Program-made: the position numbers and the translations under genes
Assembly: GCA_023150775.1 (NCBI GenBank)
Contig: JAKLKE010000002.1
Location: 24,265-88,264, forward strand
DNA from: Myxococcota bacterium
Lineage (GTDB): Bacteria > Myxococcota_A > UBA796 > CAJQPC01
DNA length: 64,000 nt
Direction: 5' to 3'
Shown here: one piece after another, positions 18,422 through 26,676 of the stretch
How the letters are laid out: every line of letters begins with the position of its first letter
How positions within the stretch are numbered: position 1 is the first letter of the stretch
The notes under the pieces: model-generated
What the model saw: the letters and a program-made list of their open reading frames with translations, nothing else
Told to the model about the DNA's origin: nothing
The model's database searches: none

Positions 18422-19476
18422 GGTCTGTCTCCGGGTGGGTCGCCTGCTGGATTGGGCTCGGCGGGCAGCTCGACCTTGAGGTGGCGGCGCTCGTTCAAGA
18501 TGCCGCGCAGGGTGTCCCCGGCGGGGGTGCCTCGGCCGAGCTCTCGCACCCGGCGCACCAGCTCGGTCTGTGTGGGGTCGCGCAGCACCTCCTCCTTGAT
18601 GGCGGCGGTGAGCAGCTCGACGGCGGCGAGGCGCTCCGCTCCTTGGGTGGAGGCCCGGCGCCAGGCGACGATGACGCCCAAGAGGCCCAACGCGAGCACC
18701 GCCGCCAAGGCGCCCATCGCCCGGGCGAAGGCGTCGGCCTCCTCTTGAAAGGCGCTGAACCAGGTCGCCCGGTCCTCTCGAATCGCCGCGCCCAGCTCTC
18801 CGCGCATCGCCGTGGCGACCTCCTCCAACATCGCCCGGGTCGAGGCCCGGGTCAGCTCGACCAAGGCGGGGTTGAGCTGATCGGCCATGGTCGCCCGCGC
18901 CGCCGGGGCCAAGGAGTCCGTGAGCGCCCGGGCGAGGGCCGGGGCGAGCTGGGTCTCCAAGACCACAGCGGCGGCCGGGCCGACGTCGTCGGTGAGGCCT
19001 GCGGCGGCCTGGGCGCGCAGCCGGGGGCCCAAGGTGTCTACGGTGGCGCGCTCAAGGGTCAACACGAAGCCGAGGAGATCTTGGCGGCTGGGATCTTGGG
19101 TGAGCGCCTGCACCCCGTCGCGGATCGCGGCGATCCACTCGGCGCGAACGGCGGGGCCAAGCTCGGTCTTGAGCGCCTCGGCGAAGGTCGGGGCCAAGGC
19201 GTCCACAAACGCCGCGGCGCGGGCGGTGAACAGGGCCTCGCGCTCGGGATCGCTGAGCGTCGACGTGGCGCCCAACGCGACGGCTTCAGCGAGGTCTTGA
19301 ATCGCCGCACGAACCTCGGGGCGGCTGAGCTGGGCGGCGAGGAGCGCGCCCTCGTCGTTGAGCCCTACGAGCGCGCCCTCGGCGGCCGCCTGGGCGTGGC
19401 CCCGCGTCCACGAGACGCAGCCCTGGGCGACCAAGGCGGAGAAGACGAAGGCGATGAGGGCGCGGCGCATCCTCAA
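18418..19476 (-). CDS. Ala-rich helical lipoprotein with C-terminal TM segment, unknown function
   Basis: Lipobox 'FSALVAQGC'. Long amphipathic Ala/Leu/Glu/Arg helices. TM 'ALAAVLALGLLGVIVAW' near residue 270. Confidence 0.65.
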   Translation of the reverse strand: MRMRRALIAFVFSALVAQGCVSWTRGHAQAAAEGALVGLNDEGALLAAQLSRPEVRAAIQDLAEAVALGATSTLSDPEREALFTARAAAFVDALAPTFAEALKTELGPAVRAEWIAAIRDGVQALTQDPSRQDLLGFVLTLERATVDTLGPRLRAQAAAGLTDDVGPAAAVVLETQLAPALARALTDSLAPAARATMADQLNPALVELTRASTRAMLEEVATAMRGELGAAIREDRATWFSAFQEEADAFARAMGALAAVLALGLLGVIVAWRRASTQGAERLAAVELLTAAIKEEVLRDPTQTELVRRVRELGRGTPAGDTLRGILNERRHLKVELPAEPNPAGDPPGDRP

Positions 19477-19517
19477 AGCCTACATCATTTTGGCCGATCG
19501 GGCGCTCAGCCAGGGCC

Positions 19518-21053
19518 CTACTGCGCCGTGGTCCGGGCGTTGCCGTTGGCCCCAGCGGCCGGGGCGGCGGCGGCGGCGGGCGCGGCGCGGTTAAAGAGCG
19601 AGACGTAGTTCCACGCGCCAGACATCTGGGTGTCGGTGATCGTGTCGGACTCGCCCCGGGACTCGTTCGCCGCCGGATCTTGGGCCCGGCGCACACGCCA
19701 GTCGTCATCCACGCCGTCGGCGTCTGTGTCGTTCGCGCCGACGCGGTTGCGGTAGGCCGAGGCGCCCCGGGTGCTGCCGACGTCGGCGTAGGCGTCGCCG
19801 GTCTGATCGCGGCGGTAGGTGGCGCGCATCCCACCATACGGATCATCAATCACGATGCCGTCGCCGGTGACCTGCTGCACGGTGACGATGTGGGTGCCCG
19901 TCTGGCCCCGGCCTTTGTGGAACAGGCTGAGCATCACGCCGCCGCCGGCGTCTAAGGTCGTCTTCATGCGCTCTTTGACGACGGGCCAGGTGTTCGCCCC
20001 GCCGCGCTGCAGCGTCTCTTGGGTGGGGCGCTCGGCGGCGGTGGGCTCCACACGGTTCAGGATCGTCCCGGCGTTGCCGGTGATCGAGGTGCGGGAGATG
20101 CCGAGCTGGCTCATCAGGAACGCGACGAGATCCTCCATCTGGGCGTCGGCCTGGAAGGTCTCGGCCATGTTGGCGCGCTGGGCGTTCGTCGTGGTGCCGC
20201 CGCGCAGGCGCTTGTAGTTGGAGTCTGCGGCGTTCTCGTTGTCCAAGAAGGTGCGCACCCGCCGCTCCCACTCGCCCTCGGGCAGCTCAATCTGGGAGAG
20301 ATCTTCACGGGCCGGATCGCGGCGCTGGCTGCGCAGCCAGGCCTTCTTGAGCTCGGTCTCGACGGCGGCGACCACGTCGGCGCGACTGTAGCCGAGGCGC
20401 TCCAGCACCATCGCGAAGGAGGTGACGTTGCAGGTGGCCTCAGGCGACGTGAGGTTGTCGGACTGGGTGCGGTACTGGGGCACGCCGAGGCGGGAGTTCC
20501 AGTCGTCCGCGCTGTGCGCGCTGCCCTCGACCTGGGTGCCCGTGCCCGCCGTGGCGTCGGCGATGCCGACCTCTAAGGTGCGGATGAGCGCGCGCACCGC
20601 CGGGATGAGCTCCGGGGGCACGAAGCCGCTCACGTCTGAGGCGGTGGTGCCCCCTTCAGTCGTCGGCGCCGTGGCCAAGGTGGCGAGGTCGGGCACGGTG
20701 CCCGCGGCGAGCTGAGACGACACGGTCTCGACCTGGAGCAGCAGGCCCTCGACCCGGCGGGCCTTCGTGTCGCCGGTCAGCTCGGCGATCTCCGTGGTGC
20801 GCGTCTGCAAGAAGGTGCGGTACCCGGCGATGAACTGCTGCCGGGGCGTCTGCTGGGCCTGGCCCTCCGCCGCCGGGGCGGCGCCGTTCTCGCCCCGAAG
20901 CGCGGCCTGGGCCTGGGCGTTCGACTGAGCCCCCTGCTGCGGCGCCTGAGCGTCGACGCGGGTGTCGGTCTGTTGAGTGGGGGTGGCCTGGCGCTGGGCT
21001 CTGCCGGACATCGGAGCGCTCCGAGACGAGTTCTTCGTGAGGGGGTTGTCCAC
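19518..21053 (-). CDS. Protein with disordered Gln/Ala-rich N-terminus and C39-like (papain-fold) cysteine peptidase/amidase domain
   Basis: 'RLGVPQYRTQSDNLTSPEATCNVTSFAMVLERLGY' (Cys208, codon ~20430-20432), 'GRGQTGTHIVTVQQV' (His388, ~19890) and 'IVIDDPYGG'. This matches the vP.y.Q...C...s.aMvL...G ... H ... D pattern of C39_2/YvpB-like domains. No signal peptide seen. GTG start at 21053; alternative ATG at 21011. Confidence 0.6.
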   Translation of the reverse strand: MDNPLTKNSSRSAPMSGRAQRQATPTQQTDTRVDAQAPQQGAQSNAQAQAALRGENGAAPAAEGQAQQTPRQQFIAGYRTFLQTRTTEIAELTGDTKARRVEGLLLQVETVSSQLAAGTVPDLATLATAPTTEGGTTASDVSGFVPPELIPAVRALIRTLEVGIADATAGTGTQVEGSAHSADDWNSRLGVPQYRTQSDNLTSPEATCNVTSFAMVLERLGYSRADVVAAVETELKKAWLRSQRRDPAREDLSQIELPEGEWERRVRTFLDNENAADSNYKRLRGGTTTNAQRANMAETFQADAQMEDLVAFLMSQLGISRTSITGNAGTILNRVEPTAAERPTQETLQRGGANTWPVVKERMKTTLDAGGGVMLSLFHKGRGQTGTHIVTVQQVTGDGIVIDDPYGGMRATYRRDQTGDAYADVGSTRGASAYRNRVGANDTDADGVDDDWRVRRAQDPAANESRGESDTITDTQMSGAWNYVSLFNRAAPAAAAAPAAGANGNARTTAQ

Positions 21054-21384
21054 TACGCTACCGCAAGCCCTGAGAACGTCAAGCGCTAAGTTTTGGGGGT
21101 CGGCGGCGCGCGGCGCGCACCCTCAGCGACTTCAATAATTCTGCAATCTCGCCCGAGGGGCTGAGGCGACCGCTCGGGCCCGGGCGAGGGAGAATCATCG
21201 ATCAGCGCCTCCGCGATCTCCGCGCCGCGCCGCTTGCTCCCGGCCTCCCCTCAGGACAGGATAGGATTGGCCCCAGCGTCGCCCCGCTTCACCCTCTGGC
21301 CCTCCTGCCGCCCCCCACGCGCCGCCCCCAACCCGCATAGTCTCCAGCCGCACCGCGCACCTAAATCCCGGGAGAACGCCGACG

Positions 21385-22188
21385 ATGACCCTGACCACCC
21401 TGAACGACGGACAGCGTGTCCACTGCATCCAGCGCGCTGAGGCCCGCGTGCTCGACCAGCACGTCTCCGGCTACTTCAACCACGGCGTCGTCCTGCGCGA
21501 CGGCGACATCGTGCTCGACGTCGGCGCGAACGTCGGCGTCTTCGCGCTCCGGGCGGTCACTCGTTTCCCCAACGTCAAGGTCTACGCCTTCGAGCCGGTG
21601 CCGGCGATCTTCGCGGCCCTCGACGCCAACGCCCGAGACTTCGGCGGCGGGCGGCTCATCCCCTTAAACTTCGGCACCTCGAACGCCCCGGGTGAGCTGC
21701 GCTTCACCTACTTCCCGCGCAGCCCGGCGCTCTCGACCTCAGCCCCCGAGGTCTGGGAGAAGAACCCCGGCGTCTTCGCCGACGCCGTGAAGGGCGCGGC
21801 CGCGAGCTCGGATCTTTGGTACGCGCGCCTCGTGCCCGGCTTCTTGAGCGGCCTCATCGCCAAATACCTGCGCGGCGGCGGTCAAGAGGTGGTCTGCCCC
21901 CTGCGCACGCTCTCCCAGGTGATCCGCGAGCACAACATCCCCCGCATCGACCTGCTCAAGGTGGACTGTGAGGGGGCCGAGCTCGCCACGCTGCAAGGAA
22001 TTGAGGACGAGCACTGGCCGCTCATCCGGCAGGTCGTCGCTGAAGTCTACGATCAAGACGATCGCCTCAAGACCGTGCGGGAGATGTTGGCCGCTAGGGG
22101 CCTCAGCCAGATCACCATCGAGCAAGAGCGCGGCTTTGAGGGCCTGCCCCTGCACAACATCTTCGCCGTTCGGCCGGAGGCCACATGA
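21385..22188 (+). CDS. FkbM family methyltransferase
   Basis: SAM-binding 'IVLDVGANVGVFALRAV', 'VYAFEPVPAIFAAL' and 'IDLLKVDCEGAELATL', typical of FkbM-type methyltransferases. Confidence 0.85.
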   Translation: MTLTTLNDGQRVHCIQRAEARVLDQHVSGYFNHGVVLRDGDIVLDVGANVGVFALRAVTRFPNVKVYAFEPVPAIFAALDANARDFGGGRLIPLNFGTSNAPGELRFTYFPRSPALSTSAPEVWEKNPGVFADAVKGAAASSDLWYARLVPGFLSGLIAKYLRGGGQEVVCPLRTLSQVIREHNIPRIDLLKVDCEGAELATLQGIEDEHWPLIRQVVAEVYDQDDRLKTVREMLAARGLSQITIEQERGFEGLPLHNIFAVRPEAT

Positions 22189-22886
22189 GCCCGATGGAGG
22201 TCGTCGCCCTGCTCGTCGGCCCGCAGCTCGTCGGCGCGATGCTGGGCCTCGCGCTCTCGCTGCGCCTCACCACGACGGCCTGGCCGGCGTCTGTGCGGAT
22301 TCAGGACCGGCCCCACCCCCGCGAACGTTTTGTGAGCCACCTGCCGCTCATCTTCGGCAACCTCGCCGTGCTCTTGGGCAGCGCGGGCGCCGGGGCGTAC
22401 TTCTTCTACGACAGCCTGTCCCACAGCCTCCCCGGCCCGCTCAGCCTGCTCGCCCAGCTCGCCCTGGTGTTTGTGCTGGATGACCTCTACTTTTACTTCT
22501 TCCACCGCGTCCTGCACGAGCACAAAGGCCTCTACCGCCGTATCCACAAGATCCACCACGAGGCCTACTCGCCCTTGCCCCTGGAGTACATCTACGCCCA
22601 CCCCCTGGAGTGGATGGGCGGCGCGGTGGGTGTGCTCGGCGGCTTCGCGGCGGTGTGGTTTGTGTGGGGTGAGCTGAGCGTGTGGACCGTCGCCATCGTG
22701 GGCAGCCTGCGCCAGCTTCACGAGCTCGACATTCACTCCGGCGCCAAGGCCACCCTCGCCCGGTGGGTGCCGTTCTTGGCCGTCGCCGATGACCACGACC
22801 TGCACCACGCCAAGCCTACCCAGGGCAACTACGCCTCGACGCTACGCATCTGGGACCGCGTGTTCGGCACCGCCGCGGGCGGCTGA
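22185..22886 (+). CDS. Fatty acid hydroxylase superfamily (sterol desaturase / C-4 methyl oxidase-like) membrane di-iron enzyme
   Basis: Three His boxes: 'HRVLH', 'HKIHH', 'HDLHH'. Hydrophobic N-terminal half. ATGA overlap with the FkbM gene. Confidence 0.88.
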   Translation: MSPMEVVALLVGPQLVGAMLGLALSLRLTTTAWPASVRIQDRPHPRERFVSHLPLIFGNLAVLLGSAGAGAYFFYDSLSHSLPGPLSLLAQLALVFVLDDLYFYFFHRVLHEHKGLYRRIHKIHHEAYSPLPLEYIYAHPLEWMGGAVGVLGGFAAVWFVWGELSVWTVAIVGSLRQLHELDIHSGAKATLARWVPFLAVADDHDLHHAKPTQGNYASTLRIWDRVFGTAAGG

Positions 22887-22897
22887 GCGAGCGCGGC

Positions 22898-24028
22898 TCA
22901 GACCCCCAGCGCCGCGCTCAAGGCCAGAAGCGCGAAGCTAGAGGCGATGATCGGCTCAGACTCCTTCTGTAAGGCCAGCTCGTTCCGCCACAGGCCGTCT
23001 TCGCCTTGCTCGGCGATCAAGGCGCTGATGAGGCCCTCTTGCCAGCCCGGCGGGCCGCCGAGGCGCTTGAAGACCTGGGCGGCGCCGGCGCGGTAATAAA
23101 AACGCATCGCCCGGGCGAACATCTCCCGCTCGACGGCGACGTTGGGGTTGAGATCGGCGCGGTGGTTCGCCTTGAGCCGGGTGAGGGCGGCCTGGACCCG
23201 GGCGTCGTCGGGGCCTCGCCCCAGGGCGAGCAAGGCCAAGAGGCCGTCGCAGGTGGCCGAGCCGTAGCCCTCGTACACGCCGTCTTGCTCGGCGCTCTTG
23301 TTCAGCGTGGGCTCGACGGGGCTGTAGACAAAGCCGCCGTCGGGGGCGCCGCAGCGCAGCACGAAGCCCAAGGCGGCGGGGTCTACGGGCTGGCCTGCGG
23401 CCTTGAGGGCCTCGATGGCGCGGCGGGTCATGCTCAGATCGACGTGGCCGGGCTGGGGTGGCCGGGGGCGGTCGCGGCCGCCCATGGGGAAGGCGCCGTG
23501 GCCGGGGCTGCCCTCCCAGCCCGCGCTGAGCTGCTGGCCGGTGAGGTAGGTCACGAGCGGCGCGGCCGGGCCGGTCAGGGCGGCGGGGTCCAAGACCGCC
23601 AAGGCGGAGACCGTCAGCGCCGTGGCATAGACCGGGTAATCGGGCACGGGATCCGCGAGGCCGATGGCTCCTTGGGGGCCCATCAAGGCCAAGAGCGACT
23701 GCAGGCCTCGGGCGGCGGCGTCTCTGGGGAAGGGCAGGAGGCGCTCGGGCACACCGGCCAGGGCCAAGAGCGCGAAGGGCGTCAACGACTGGCCGCGCCC
23801 GAGCAGGCCAAACTCTCGGGAGGGGAAGAGGCCGTCTGGGGCCTGGAGCCCCCACAAGGCCCGGGCGCCGCGGGCGAGGGCCTCCTCCGCCGGGCTCGGG
23901 CCGCAGGCGTTGAGCACAAAGGCGGAGGCGAAGGGGAGGGCGAGGCCCCCACGGAGCAGGGCGCGGCGGGTGACAGGCATAGGCTCGGGGTAACCCGGCG
24001 AGGCGGGCGGTGGGGCGCGGCGCGCCAT
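22898..24028 (-). CDS. Tat-exported lipoprotein with prenyltransferase/squalene-cyclase-type (alpha/alpha toroid) repeats
   Basis: 'MPVTRRALLRGGLALPFASAFVLNACG' carries a twin-Arg motif plus lipobox. Repeated 'DGGF/DGLF...G' units ('APDGGFVYSP', 'QAPDGLFPS', 'GEDGLWRNE') and 'SATCDGLLALLALG'. The start is ATG 24028 or ATG 23980. The track's further N-terminal extension to 24208 is rejected because it overlaps the divergent gene. Confidence 0.7.
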   Translation of the reverse strand: MARRAPPPASPGYPEPMPVTRRALLRGGLALPFASAFVLNACGPSPAEEALARGARALWGLQAPDGLFPSREFGLLGRGQSLTPFALLALAGVPERLLPFPRDAAARGLQSLLALMGPQGAIGLADPVPDYPVYATALTVSALAVLDPAALTGPAAPLVTYLTGQQLSAGWEGSPGHGAFPMGGRDRPRPPQPGHVDLSMTRRAIEALKAAGQPVDPAALGFVLRCGAPDGGFVYSPVEPTLNKSAEQDGVYEGYGSATCDGLLALLALGRGPDDARVQAALTRLKANHRADLNPNVAVEREMFARAMRFYYRAGAAQVFKRLGGPPGWQEGLISALIAEQGEDGLWRNELALQKESEPIIASSFALLALSAALGV

Positions 24029-24058
24029 GGTGTAAACTCCGGCCCACGAGGGTGATCC

Positions 24059-25645
24059 ATGTCCATTCGATCGAAGCTGCAGCACGTCTCCGAGTCGCCC
24101 ACCCGCCCGACGCCGGGGCAGGCGAGCCGTCGTTTTGACGTCGCCGAGCTCTACCAAGGCCTGCTCGCCGACCCCGACGCCCAGCCCAGCGCGGGGGAGC
24201 CGCTCCACGAGAAGCTCCAGCGGGCCTACTGGTGGATCGTCAACAAGGGCATCATCAGCCCCTTCTACGACATCGAGTACAACGACACGCCGCCCCAGCG
24301 CTTCTCGTTTGGCGACGCCAAGGTGCAGCTCACCCTGCCCACGGACCAGTCGTACTCAAGCTACGTGCTGCTGCCCTTGTTGAGCCTCGCCACCCGGCGG
24401 CGCTGCCTGCTCGTCGGCGGGCCGGGCCGAGGCAAGACCGCCATCGCCGTGCTCATGGGCGTGCTCGCGGGCTACAACCTCAACGAGCTCAAGCGGGCCA
24501 TTCAGCACGGCCAGCCGCAGATGACCATCGCCGATCTTCTCGGCAACCCCCTGCCCTCGACCTTGGTGAACGCCAAGAGCATGGACGAGGTGCAGATCGC
24601 CTGGCGCCGCTGGCTGGGGATGCGGGTGAAGATCATCGACGAGTACAACCGCATCCCGACGCGCACCCAGTCGGCCCTGCTCACGGTGATGGCCGACAAC
24701 TACGCCGAGCTCTACGACCAGATCTTTGAGTGCCCGCCGGGCGCCTGGTACCTCACGGCGAACGACGACGCCGGCGGCGGCACCTACCAGGTCATCGAGG
24801 CCCTGCGGGATCGCATCGACGTTGTTGTAAAAGCTCTGCACTTCAACTCACGCTACCTCGACGAGCTGCTCCTGCGGGTGGAGGAGGGCTTTAAGCCTGA
24901 AGAGGTCGTGCCCAGCCAGATCATCTTCACCCCTGAAGAGCTCGACCAGATGGAGCGGGAGATCCGCCAGGTGAAGCTCCCCGACCCGCTGCGGCGGCGC
25001 CTGGAGTTCTTCACCAGCCACTTTGAGCTGTGGGAGGGCGGCGCGCGGCAGCTTGAGTACATGACCAAAGACACGGTGAAGCTCTCGGGCCTGGAGCTGC
25101 GCAGCTTCGCGTCGGCCTCGGCGGGCAAAGACGCCGCCGTCGATCTCGGCGCCCAGACCCGCAACGGCGTCAGCGTGCGCGCCCTGATGACCACCTTGAT
25201 CTTCGTGAAGGGCATGGCCTACTTCCGGGGCGAGAAGGAGGTCTCGTTTGAGGACATCCGGCAGATGTTGCCCTTCGTGCTCCACGACAAGCTCGTGCAA
25301 GAGCCCGACGCGCCGTTCTTTGAGCTGGGCGACAACCCCGCCCTGCGCTCCGACCGCGTCTCCTGGCTGCGGGAGCTGTGGGACCTCTCCTGTAAACAGT
25401 TCGAGAGCTTCAACCTCGATCAACACGACCCCGTGCGCGACCTCGGCGACGAGCTGGAGCGCGGCTTAGAGGGGCTCAAAGAGGAGGAGGTGCGCCGCCG
25501 CCTCGCCGCCATCGAGGGCACCCTGCGCGAGCTCGCCAAGGGCCGCAAGCTCTACGGCCACCTCTACGACGACCTGCTGCGCCTCAAGGCGATGCACCAG
25601 CACTACACGAACTACCTGGGCTGGGTGCTTCAATGTGCCCAGTGA
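24059..25645 (+). CDS. MoxR-like AAA+ ATPase with N- and C-terminal extensions
   Basis: Walker A 'LLVGGPGRGKTAIA', Walker B 'VKIIDEYNRIPTRTQSALLTVM', 'ALRDRIDV' (Arg finger region) and sensor-2-like 'NGVSVRALMTTL'. The C-terminal ~130 aa are predicted coiled coil ('LKEEEVRRRLAAIEGTLRELAKGRK'). Confidence 0.88.
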   Translation: MSIRSKLQHVSESPTRPTPGQASRRFDVAELYQGLLADPDAQPSAGEPLHEKLQRAYWWIVNKGIISPFYDIEYNDTPPQRFSFGDAKVQLTLPTDQSYSSYVLLPLLSLATRRRCLLVGGPGRGKTAIAVLMGVLAGYNLNELKRAIQHGQPQMTIADLLGNPLPSTLVNAKSMDEVQIAWRRWLGMRVKIIDEYNRIPTRTQSALLTVMADNYAELYDQIFECPPGAWYLTANDDAGGGTYQVIEALRDRIDVVVKALHFNSRYLDELLLRVEEGFKPEEVVPSQIIFTPEELDQMEREIRQVKLPDPLRRRLEFFTSHFELWEGGARQLEYMTKDTVKLSGLELRSFASASAGKDAAVDLGAQTRNGVSVRALMTTLIFVKGMAYFRGEKEVSFEDIRQMLPFVLHDKLVQEPDAPFFELGDNPALRSDRVSWLRELWDLSCKQFESFNLDQHDPVRDLGDELERGLEGLKEEEVRRRLAAIEGTLRELAKGRKLYGHLYDDLLRLKAMHQHYTNYLGWVLQCAQ

Positions 25646-26676
25646 GCACAACAAGCCCGTTGACCGGCGCGGTGGCCGCGGAGCTGGCCGCGGGGCGTGA
25701 TCGTTACAACAACCTGTTCTTGAGCGCCCGCCGCGAGCACCGCCGCATCGACGCCGACGCCGTCCTCGCCCACGTCCGCCACCGCCTGCCCCCCGCCGTC
25801 GAGGCCGTGGCCGCCATCGAGCCCGCCGCCGTGCCCAAGGTGATGACCACCCTCTACGAGCTGTCTCTGGAGCTCATCGGCCGTGAGCTCCTCGGCCCCC
25901 AGGCCCAGGCCCCCCAGCTCAACCTCGTCTTTGACCAGCTCCTCCCGGCGATGCCCCGCCTGCTCGCCGCCGCCCCGGCCAAGCTCACCTCCGCCCTGGT
26001 CAACGCCGTCCACAAGCTCTCCCAAGAGCGCGGTTTTGTTCTGCCGCTGTGGGTAGACCGGCTCATCGAGGCCGCCCCCGGCTGCCCGGACGTGCCGACG
26101 CTCCTGGCCATGGGCCAGGTCTTCGCCTGGCGCGGCGGTCTGTCTCATTTTCGTGAGGGCGCCCTCGAATTAATGCGACAGCTCCCCGCCGAGGCCCTGG
26201 GCGTCGCCTTGGGCCTGCGGGAGGGCGACCCCAGCCCCGAGACCTGCCTCACGATGTTGGAGGGTGACCCCTTCTGGCGCCCTGAGCTGGCCCGCTGCCC
26301 CCAGACGCTGCGCATCGTCGGCAAGGTGGGCCGCTTCTCGGGCTTCGGCGGCGAGTTTCGTAGCCCCCCGACCGTGATGTGTGTGAGCGGGCAGCTCATC
26401 GCCTTGGACGAGCGCGCCTGCTGGTCGATCCACGCCGACGCTTATGGCGCGCGGCTGCGGCGCATCGGCCCCAACCTGCCCGACGGCGAAGAGACCCCGC
26501 CGCCCCCCGGTCGCAGCGTCGATCGGGAGGGCCGGGTGTTCTGGGGCCGCGACCAGCGCGCGATGCCGGAGCTGGCCGAGCGCAGCGGCGTCGCCTGCAG
26601 CGAGCAGCTCATGGCCGTCACCCTACCTTCGAGCCACCGGATCGTGCTCATCGCCCTGGCGCCGGAGCCGACGTGA
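25633..26676 (+). CDS. Hypothetical protein (347 aa), cassette component
   Basis: The ATG at 25633 overlaps the MoxR stop by 13 nt, and the stop TGA 26674-26676 overlaps the next GTG start. Balanced composition. No motif recognised. Confidence 0.7.
   Translation: MCPVSTTSPLTGAVAAELAAGRDRYNNLFLSARREHRRIDADAVLAHVRHRLPPAVEAVAAIEPAAVPKVMTTLYELSLELIGRELLGPQAQAPQLNLVFDQLLPAMPRLLAAAPAKLTSALVNAVHKLSQERGFVLPLWVDRLIEAAPGCPDVPTLLAMGQVFAWRGGLSHFREGALELMRQLPAEALGVALGLREGDPSPETCLTMLEGDPFWRPELARCPQTLRIVGKVGRFSGFGGEFRSPPTVMCVSGQLIALDERACWSIHADAYGARLRRIGPNLPDGEETPPPPGRSVDREGRVFWGRDQRAMPELAERSGVACSEQLMAVTLPSSHRIVLIALAPEPT

Noticed and set aside
24029-24208. Upstream 60-aa extension of the Tat lipoprotein ORF
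   Set aside because: It would run across the divergent MoxR gene start. The twin-arginine signal only makes sense near the true N-terminus (ATG 24028 or 23980).
26379-26672. N-terminal 98-aa extension of the HExxH-vWA ORF as given in the track
   Set aside because: It is Arg/Pro-rich and fully overlaps the 3' end of the preceding gene in another frame. An in-frame GTG at 26673 gives a GTGA stop/start overlap consistent with the rest of the cassette.
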